Source: Alphaproteobacteria bacterium | GTDB taxonomy: Bacteria; Pseudomonadota; Alphaproteobacteria; Bin95 | Assembly (NCBI GenBank): GCA_964291285.2 | Contig: OZ219786.1 | Coordinates: 480,001-544,000, forward strand | Direction of reading: 5' to 3' | Length of the DNA: 64,000 nt | Translations under genes and position numbers: made by a program | The notes under the pieces: model-generated | What the model was told of the DNA's origin: nothing | What the model saw: the letters and a program-made list of their open reading frames with translations, nothing else | Databases searched by the model: none | Part shown: piece after piece, positions 1 to 7,900 of the stretch | Position numbering within the stretch: position 1 is the stretch's first letter | Layout: the number at the start of each line of letters is the position of its first letter

Positions 1-2
1 AC

Positions 3-3000
3 CGACAACTCTCCCAAAACGCCAACCGGGCCGAAGCCTTCGCACTCGCCGCCGACATGGAGGCGGTCGAGGCCGAATGGGCCGGGATCGCCGCGCAACC
101 TTCCCCGGCACCCGACATCCTGCCGCGCGTCCAGGACACCCTCCAGCGCCACAAGCAGGTCCTGCACCGCGTCCGCGTCTTCCTGCGCAGCCCGGCCCCC
201 TCACACTCCCAGGAACAACATCACAAGCGCGTCTCCCGCTCCGGGCTCGAGGGATTCGCCAGACTGCGGCGCAACATGCGCAACCGCTGGCGCGAAAGCC
301 TCCGCGAAGGCGAAGCCGCCAAGGCGCGCCAGGCTGCGCTGCATGCCGACACCCGCAGGCTGTCCGGAGCCCTCCAGCGGGACTGGACCGACTTTCGCGC
401 CCGGGCCGGCCAGGACTTCCTCGCCCTTCTTTCGGACCCCGAGCACGCGGGCCTCGTTCGCCGGACCGCGGAGCTCGCCGGCAGCCGCACGACCGACCGC
501 CAGACCGCCCGCGACGCCGAATATTTCCTGCAGGGACATCTTGCTTCCTTCTCCGCCCCGCTCCGCCAGTCCTGGCACGACCTCCAGCCCGCCGATCCCG
601 ACAAGGCCTGGACTCCGAAGGACGTGGCCGCCTACCGAACGGTCCTCGGACAGTCCCATGCCCTTCTCTCCGCCATGGCCGCGGTCCCGGCGCTCCGCAT
701 CAACCGCGAAATGCTCCGCCAGCGCCTTCTCGGCGCTCCCACCTACCGCGAGGCGCTCCGCAGCCTCGTGCAGGCCCTGGACAGCGAGGAGGACCTTGTC
801 CAGCGACGGGAAGCCCGCATGCCGGGCTCTTCCCTGCACACCCGCCGCCTCGCAGCCCACATCGCCTCCCTCGACGCCGCCAGGCGCCTCCCCGGCCTCC
901 GCGAAGAGGCGCGCAAGGAAATCGGGCGCATCATCCGCGACCACAGGCGCGCCCGCCGCGACGCCGGCGTCACCCGGAACGACGGGCCCTGGCCGACAGA
1001 CGAGCAGATCGCGAAGCGCCTCGCCGCCAACGAGCAGCTCCGCCCCGCCTGGCAGGCCCTTCGCGAAGCGACCCGCAACGACCGGCTCTCCGCCCTCGAA
1101 CGCCCCGAACACCCTCAACTGGTGCGGCTCACCGCCCGGCACGCTGCCGATCCCTCCCTCGACCCCGACACGGCCCGCATCATCCGCACCTACCTGGTCC
1201 GCCACCTGCAGCGGATCGACAAGGCGCTCGACGAGGCCGCCGGGGCCATCGTCCCGGGCCTCAGCCAACCCCGATGGACGCCGGCGGAATTCATCCAGTA
1301 CCGGCGTCTCCGGACTCGCGCGCGCACCCTATCGCGCGAGCTGGCCGCCCTTCCTTCGGAGCTCCCCCTTCAGGGCCTTGTCCGGGACAAGTGGGCCCGG
1401 TGGCTCGCCAGCACGCCCAGAACGACAAGGGCGCTCGACATGCTGGTCCACTCGCTGCGAGCCGAAGACGCCGCGATCGTCGCCCGCGAGACCCTGCTGC
1501 CCCGCTCCACCCTTCCCACCGGGCGCCTTGCGCGTCACATGGCCTCACTGGCCGCTGCCACCCGCCTTGACGGCCTCGCCCACGACATTCGCCAGGAGCT
1601 TCAGGACCTCCGGCGCCTCCACGTAGACGCCCGCCAGGCCGCCGGCGTCTCCCGGGACAATGCCGCCTGGCCCTCCGACGCCGCCGCCAGACGCGAAGCC
1701 GAAGGCCGCGCCCTCAATCGGTCATGGAAGGAGTTCCGGGCCGCCACCCGCTCCAGCTACCTCGCTCCTCTCGACCATCCGGACCATGGCAGCCTCATTT
1801 CCCGGACCGCCACCTTCGCCGTAACGCCCGGCCTGGCCCCGAGACAGGCGGCAGCCTGGCGCCACCATCTGGAGCGCCACCTTCGGGAGCTTGACGACGA
1901 GCTCGACCATGCACGCTATGCGGCCACCTCCGGCGCCGGCCGGTCCGGACTCTCCTTCCACGACTTCGACACACGCATCCGCCTGCCCGGCCGCATGAAG
2001 GCCTTCGCCGGCATCCTCGCAGGCCTGCCTGCCGGCATCGACCGGCCTCCCTTCGACCTCCAGGCCGCCCGCCGTTCCCTTGCCTCCGCTCCCTCGCGTT
2101 CACAGTTCTACCAATCCTTCGTCGACCGGCTCGTCGCAGAAGAGCGCCTCCTCACCCGGAGAGAGGCGCAGATTCCGGGCTCGACCCTCGCCACGCGGCG
2201 CCTCGCCAGCCACATGGCCCTCCTCGAGACGCTGGCCGCGCACGATCTGGTCCCCGAGGGAGACCGCAACGCCCTGCAGCAGCTCCTCGACCAGCACCGG
2301 GAAGCGCGAACCGCCGCCGGCGTTTCCGATACAAACCTGCCTTGGGTCGACTCCCCCGAACGCCAGGCCGCTCTCGATTGCTTGCGCATGGTCAACGCCT
2401 GCAAGGCAGCCCTCGATGCCGCCGACGGAGGAGCTCTCATCTACCAGCCCGGCATCGAGCCTCTGCGCCCCGAGATCGGCCACCTTCTGGAAACCGGCCT
2501 CCTTTCGGCCGGCGACAGGTCCTTCCTCGAGAAACTGCAGCGGCGGCTCGACGGCGAAATCCGGCAGCGCGCCGATATTCTCCATACCATCGACCGTGCC
2601 CGGGCCCATCTGGAAGAATACCCGCCCATTCTAGAGCGCGCCCTCGCCCCGAAGCCACCGCAGCCCGCTCCGGACAAGCCGCCCTCCCCTCCGGGCCTCG
2701 TCGGCCGCGTTCGCCGGCTTCTCGGGGCGGAAGACGGCATTCCCGCCCGCCCCGCCGACCCGGCACCGGCGCCACAGGCCCTCAACGACATCGACCTCGC
2801 ATACCGCCGGTGGGACCTCACGGCCGAACAGATCCTCAAGGCCTTCCAGAGCTGGTCGAACAACGATAGCAAGCTCTACCTCGACCACGTCGACCGGCGG
2901 CGCATCGACATCTCCGACGTCACGGCCGAACTCGAAGCCATCCGGAGCGCGGCCCGCGAGCCCGGGGCACCGCCGTACCAGGTCGAAGTCCCCAACGCCG

Positions 3001-3338
3001 GGCGCTGCGGCATCGAAGATCAGCGCCATGACCCGGAGCGCCTCCATGCCGTCCTTCGCCGCGTCCTGGACCCCGACAGAAGGCCCGACCCGAAAGCGCT
3101 GCTCGAACTCGCCCGAAGAAACCGCGCCTGGCCCAAGGAGACCCTCACCGTCTTCCGCGCCTGCCTGGACCAGGCCGCCGATACCGACGAGACCCTCTTG
3201 CACACGCGCCTCGCGGCCTCCCTGCCGGCCAACCTTGCCGACAGCTTCCGCAATCTCTCCGCGGAAACCTGGCGCCGGCACGCCGAAGTCCGGTTACGCC
3301 ACCGCACCCTCACCCGGGACCAGGGCCTCTCGCTCTGA
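3..3338 (+). CDS. Large helical repeat protein, 5' end outside window; possibly the C-terminal part of a relaxase or a T4SS-translocated protein
   Basis: Frame open from position 3 to stop at 3338. Three ~222-aa internal repeats (W..FR.....L.L..P.H..L...TA ... RE...P.S.L.T.RLA.H.A.L ... AGV......W). C-terminal ~300 aa paralogous to 4973..9727. Ends in basic tail RHRTLTRDQGLSL resembling relaxase/mob tails. Confidence 0.7.
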   Translation, partial: RQLSQNANRAEAFALAADMEAVEAEWAGIAAQPSPAPDILPRVQDTLQRHKQVLHRVRVFLRSPAPSHSQEQHHKRVSRSGLEGFARLRRNMRNRWRESLREGEAAKARQAALHADTRRLSGALQRDWTDFRARAGQDFLALLSDPEHAGLVRRTAELAGSRTTDRQTARDAEYFLQGHLASFSAPLRQSWHDLQPADPDKAWTPKDVAAYRTVLGQSHALLSAMAAVPALRINREMLRQRLLGAPTYREALRSLVQALDSEEDLVQRREARMPGSSLHTRRLAAHIASLDAARRLPGLREEARKEIGRIIRDHRRARRDAGVTRNDGPWPTDEQIAKRLAANEQLRPAWQALREATRNDRLSALERPEHPQLVRLTARHAADPSLDPDTARIIRTYLVRHLQRIDKALDEAAGAIVPGLSQPRWTPAEFIQYRRLRTRARTLSRELAALPSELPLQGLVRDKWARWLASTPRTTRALDMLVHSLRAEDAAIVARETLLPRSTLPTGRLARHMASLAAATRLDGLAHDIRQELQDLRRLHVDARQAAGVSRDNAAWPSDAAARREAEGRALNRSWKEFRAATRSSYLAPLDHPDHGSLISRTATFAVTPGLAPRQAAAWRHHLERHLRELDDELDHARYAATSGAGRSGLSFHDFDTRIRLPGRMKAFAGILAGLPAGIDRPPFDLQAARRSLASAPSRSQFYQSFVDRLVAEERLLTRREAQIPGSTLATRRLASHMALLETLAAHDLVPEGDRNALQQLLDQHREARTAAGVSDTNLPWVDSPERQAALDCLRMVNACKAALDAADGGALIYQPGIEPLRPEIGHLLETGLLSAGDRSFLEKLQRRLDGEIRQRADILHTIDRARAHLEEYPPILERALAPKPPQPAPDKPPSPPGLVGRVRRLLGAEDGIPARPADPAPAPQALNDIDLAYRRWDLTAEQILKAFQSWSNNDSKLYLDHVDRRRIDISDVTAELEAIRSAAREPGAPPYQVEVPNAGRCGIEDQRHDPERLHAVLRRVLDPDRRPDPKALLELARRNRAWPKETLTVFRACLDQAADTDETLLHTRLAASLPANLADSFRNLSAETWRRHAEVRLRHRTLTRDQGLSL

Positions 3339-3423
3339 CGGGAAGCCCCTCGCCGGTCTCGCGACCGCTTCTTCAACCTCGCCTCCCAAGGCCCCGAAAA
3401 AGGCTCCGGACCTCGACCAGGAC

Positions 3424-3993
3424 ATGGAACGGTGGCTGCAAATCGCGTTTGTGTGCCAGGCGGCAGGTGTTTCTCTGGCCATGGAGCCCGGCGACTGGGA
3501 CAACGCTCGGCCAGAGGCAATGACCCTGCTTTCGATATTGGCTGCCGCTGTGCTTTTCCGTCTGGGACGCGGCGTTCCAACCATGTCGGTCGACGGCCTT
3601 TCCGTGAAGGAGGCCAGGGATCTGGCGTACGCCCATGAGAAAGTGGCGCATCGGCTGGCTGTCGTGGCGGGGATGACAGCTGCCGGGCTCGTCGGTCTTG
3701 CTGTGATCGGCGTCGCCCACCGCCTTGTCCGCCTTCATCTGCCCGCCGATATCGTGGAATTCTGCAGCAGATCGTTGACGGCACTGCTGGCCGTGGTTCT
3801 TGCGTTGACGTTCTGTCGAGCGGTCGTACTTGTTCGCGGCGACCTGTCATCCGTCCGGGTTCAGGGCAGGAGCATGGTAGCAAGCGTCCGACGGCGTCAC
3901 GTCGATGAAGCGGCCATTGCCATACGGAAAGCCGAAGAGTCCCGACCATTCGAAGCGCCATCCAACCATGGCGAACTCATTGACGAGCGCTGA
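3424..3993 (+). CDS. Hypothetical membrane protein (3-4 TM segments)
   Basis: ATG 3424 within ORF 3028..3993; several hydrophobic stretches; visibly lower GC than flanks. Confidence 0.6.
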   Translation: MERWLQIAFVCQAAGVSLAMEPGDWDNARPEAMTLLSILAAAVLFRLGRGVPTMSVDGLSVKEARDLAYAHEKVAHRLAVVAGMTAAGLVGLAVIGVAHRLVRLHLPADIVEFCSRSLTALLAVVLALTFCRAVVLVRGDLSSVRVQGRSMVASVRRRHVDEAAIAIRKAEESRPFEAPSNHGELIDER

Positions 3994-4029
3994 GTTCAAC
4001 AAGGAGCTCACCAGGGGACACGGCTACGG

Positions 4030-4185
4030 GCTGTCTCATTGATACGGAACGCCCTGTCCGCAAGGGGATCGATCAGCGGACGCGACCGCCCGCATCGCGA
4101 GGCCCCGCAAAACCGGGACGATGCTGTCTCATATGGATGGTCCGGAAAGAATTGCGGTGATGGGGCGCTTTGCGTACAGTCCGGA
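4030..4185. promoter_or_regulatory. Probable res site/promoter region of the serine resolvase
   Basis: GCTGTCTCAT occurs at 4030-4039 and 4123-4132 directly upstream of the resolvase gene, the usual position of res sites. Confidence 0.35.
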
Positions 4186-4189
4186 GACC

Positions 4190-4768
4190 ATGACCGGACT
4201 CCTCATCGGCTACGCCCGCTGCTCGACCGATGGACAGGACCTGGAGGCCCAGCGCCTGGCCCTGAGCGGTCTCGGCGTCGGGGACGACCGCATCTACACC
4301 GACCGCGGCCTCACCGGGACCGCGCGCGACCGCCCGGGCCTGGACCGCGCCCTCGCCGCCGTGCGCCAGGGCGACACCCTCGTCGTCGCCAAGCTCGACC
4401 GCCTCGCCCGGTCCGTCCCCGACGCCCGCTCCATCGCCGACGCGCTCCGCGCCAAGGGCGTGAAGCTCGCCATCGGGAATACCGTCCACGACCCGGACGA
4501 CCCCATGGGCAGGATGTTCTTCAACATCCTCGCCACCTTCGCCGAGTTCGAGGCCGACCTCATCCGGATGAGAACCCGCGAAGGCATGGCCGTCGCCCGC
4601 GCCAAGGGGAAACTGCGCGGCAAACAGCCCAAGCTGACGCCGAAACAGCAACGCGAACTGCGCCGCATGCGCGATACCGGCGAATACTCCGTCAGCGACC
4701 TCGCCGAACTCTTCAGCGTCTCGAGGCCGACCGTGTACCGCACACTGCAAAGAACCAGGGCTGCTTAG
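4190..4768 (+). CDS. Serine recombinase (resolvase/invertase family) with C-terminal HTH
   Basis: IGYARCST catalytic Ser motif, RPGL, DTLVVAKLDRLARS, AEFEADLIRMRTREG, C-terminal HTH (SVSDLAELFSVSRPTVYR). Confidence 0.95.
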   Translation: MTGLLIGYARCSTDGQDLEAQRLALSGLGVGDDRIYTDRGLTGTARDRPGLDRALAAVRQGDTLVVAKLDRLARSVPDARSIADALRAKGVKLAIGNTVHDPDDPMGRMFFNILATFAEFEADLIRMRTREGMAVARAKGKLRGKQPKLTPKQQRELRRMRDTGEYSVSDLAELFSVSRPTVYRTLQRTRAA

Positions 4769-4803
4769 CGCAGGATTTCGCCCCCTACTACCAATGACCC
4801 CCT
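4768..4803 (+). repeat. 36-bp direct repeat, copy 1 (partner at 10154-10189)
   Basis: GCGCAGGATTTCGCCCCCTACTACCAATGACCCCCT vs GCGCAGGATTTTGCCCCCTGCTACCAATGACCCCCT; 2 mismatches in 36. Confidence 0.9.
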
Positions 4804-4902
4804 CCTGCCACTCCGCGCATGGCGGCACTCCTTGCCCCCATGGGTAGGCAGGTCATTGTCCATGAGCCTCCTGCCACTCCGCGCATGGCGGCACTCCTTG
4901 CC
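4801..4902 (+). repeat. Two exact 36-bp direct repeats at 66-bp period
   Basis: CCTCCTGCCACTCCGCGCATGGCGGCACTCCTTGCC at 4801-4836 and 4867-4902. Confidence 0.9.
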
Positions 4903-4972
4903 ATATGGCAAAATCCAGCCATGCGCCGGCATCCGGCAACCCGGCCAGTGACCGAACACAGGGACGCTTGAA

Positions 4973-7900
4973 ATGTCCGATATCGAAGGCCCCGCAAGCC
5001 CCGCCACCGGCACCGCCGGGATCATGGACCACATGACCGCCGACGCGCGTCCCTCTTCGCGAGAACCCGACACGCGCGCCCCCGGCGACATCGAATCCGG
5101 CCGCATGGGCGTCGACCTTCTCTTCGAAGCCATCGGGGCGGGCCTCTGTCCGGACGACTCCATCCTCGCTCCCGACCGGGACCGCCTCCTGTGGAACGCC
5201 GTCGAGCAGCTGCGCAGCCATGTCGGACGCCTCGACTCCAGGCTTGAGCACCGCCTTCGCGAACCCACCCCCGAACAGCGCGAAGAGCGCGCCCGCGACA
5301 ACGAAAGCAACGCCGGCGACACCGACTTCCTCCTGGCCGACCAGGCGGAGGCCACGCAGGCCCAGCTTCGCATCCTCCGCGACACGCTCGACCATGCCAT
5401 GCAGCGCTATGGCGAAGCCGTCGGCCAGCCCTGGATCGCACGCCATGGCACCGCAGATCCCGGACCCTCCGCATACGGACTCGGCGTCCAGATCGACGCC
5501 TCGACCTTCTTCGCAGCGCGCGAACTATGGCAGCCCAGTCCGGACACACTCACCCGCGTCCGCGAAGCCATGGAGGATGCCGACCTCAAGCGCGCCGCCG
5601 TTCTCGCGGCCGCCCAGAACAGGGATGCCCCCACCCGTCTCCAGGACCTTCCCTTCCCCTACAACGTCGGCGAACGCGAGCCCACCGCCGCCGCCGTCAC
5701 CGGCATGTTCCAGGCGCTCTCGCTGATCTATCCCGGCGGCACACAGCTCCAGGACGAGCGCGACGCCGGGTGCTGGCGCCTGGTGCGCATGTTAGACGCC
5801 GGCGCCGCCCGCGCCACCGAGGACGCGCTACGGCGCATGACCGACCATCCGGCCCTCACTCCCACGCCCGATCCGGGCGCCGCCGCGTCCTTCGACGACG
5901 GCACCCGCTCCTCCATGCTTCGCGTCCAGATGCTCTCGCGCGCCGCCGACGCCGCCGGCGCCGTCTACCAGGAGATCACGGGCGACGAGTGGGACCGGCG
6001 CGACCCCGCCATGACTGCTGCAGGCGGCCCTCGCATCCGCACATCGCTCACAAGCCGGCACTACGCCGCGGCCCAGCGCGTCGCCGCTCTCGGACACCCC
6101 ACCCCGCATCAGCTCGACGGTCCGCACATCGTGATCGTCGGCAGCGCCGACCTTGACATGGAGCGCAACCGGCGCGCCGTCGAAACCCAGCTGGAACGCC
6201 TTCACGACCGCGTGCCGGAAATGGTGCTCCATTACGGCGCCCGGCTGCGAGACCGGGGCGGAGTCGATCGCCAACAGGGAATCGACGCCATCGTCCACCG
6301 ATGGGCCAGCGGCCGAGGCGTTCCGCTCATCCCCAATCCTCCCCTCTGGGATGCAGCGAACAACCGCTTCGACCTTCACGGCCGCGACGACGCATGGATC
6401 CACATGAACCCCGACCTGGTCGTCGACTTCGGCGGCTCCGGGAACGCACACCGGCGCTTCCTCTCTCTCGTGAACCGGAACCGCATCGAGCTGCGCACGG
6501 CGCGCACGCGTTCCCAGGCCCGGAACCGCGAAGACATTTCCCGCACGGCATCCGAGACCCCTCAACCCTCCACCTCATCCCACGCCCTGCGCTGGGCCGG
6601 CATCGGGGCACGCAAGACCCCCGCGCCTGTGCTCGCCGACATGACAGAACTCGCCCGTCGCATGTCGGATGCCGGCTTCCACCTCTCCTCCGGAGGCGCC
6701 CGCGGCGCGGACACCGCCTTCGCAGCCGGCGTTCCCGCCGACCGGCGCTCCATCTGGCTTCCGTGGGCCGGCTACAACGACCTTCGCGGACCGGACTGCC
6801 AAACCCTTCCGCCCGAGCGCCTGCAGGACTGCATGGACGTCGCCGGGCGCCTGCACCCGAACTGGGACAACTGCTCGCCGGCGGTCCGCGCCCTGCACGC
6901 ACGCAATGTCGCGATCCTGCTCGGCCCCGATCTCGACAATCCCGTCGACGCCGTCGTCTGCTGGACCGAAGGCGGCCGCCGCCGCGGAGGAACCGGCCTC
7001 GGCATTCGCATCGCCCAGGACCGGAACATACCCGTCATCAATCTCGCTACCGTCTCCGCGCGGCAAGCCTGGGACACACTCCAGCGTCTTCGACAGACAC
7101 CCGACCAGTCGCACGAGGCCGCCACCGCCGCCCGCGACCGCGCCGACCCCGAACAGCGGCGCGCCCTTCGCCGCGACCGCGCGGTCACACGGCTCCACAA
7201 AATGCTCCGCGACCACGACATCGGAAACCTTCCCCGCTTCGCCCTCGCCCAGCTCCGCGAGGAAAACGCGCGCGCCGAGGCCCATGAGCGCCTCGACACC
7301 ATGTCCCGCGACGAGCTCCTCGACGCCCTCGACAACATCGAGGACCAGACACGCCAGCTCCGCGACCGAGCCACTCCCGACGGCCCCACGACGCCCGAGA
7401 CCATCGAGCGCGACAAGCGCCTCGCCGCACTCGAAGCCGCCGGCGACCGCATCCATGCCGTGCTCGCCGACAAGAACCTCTCAGCGCTTCGCGAGCAGGA
7501 AAGTCCCGATACCCGGCTCTCCTCCGATGAACGTCAGGAAAAAGCCACTACCCAGCGCCGCGTTCTTTCCATCATGGTATCCGCCTGGCGTCTTGCCGAG
7601 GAAGGCCCGCTCGCTGCCCAGTCCAACCGTATCGTCAAGGCCGCCGCGCAGGTTTTCGCCAGCCGGCAAACGTATCTCAACGGCAGGCTCGCCGACGAAA
7701 CCCGCATCCGCTCCGGACTCGGCCTCGCCCATACGCCCGGCTCCGAGGAAGAAACCCTCGCCCTCGCCAGCCGCGGAACCGGCCAGAACCCCGGCAAGGA
7801 CGCCGAGCCCTTCGAGCACATGCTCACCGACGCCGAAATCAGGCAGAAGGACGAGGAATACCACGCGCTGGCCATGCGCAGCCACCGCCTGGACCTCATG

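Noticed and set aside
3-3338. Definite relaxase call
   Set aside because: No HUH or helicase motifs are in the visible part; only the tail and context are suggestive.
4801-4902. Mini CRISPR array (36-bp repeat, 30-bp spacer)
   Set aside because: Only two units, similarity extends into the flanks as in a tandem duplication, it does not resemble a ~29-bp type I-E repeat, and no cas gene is adjacent.
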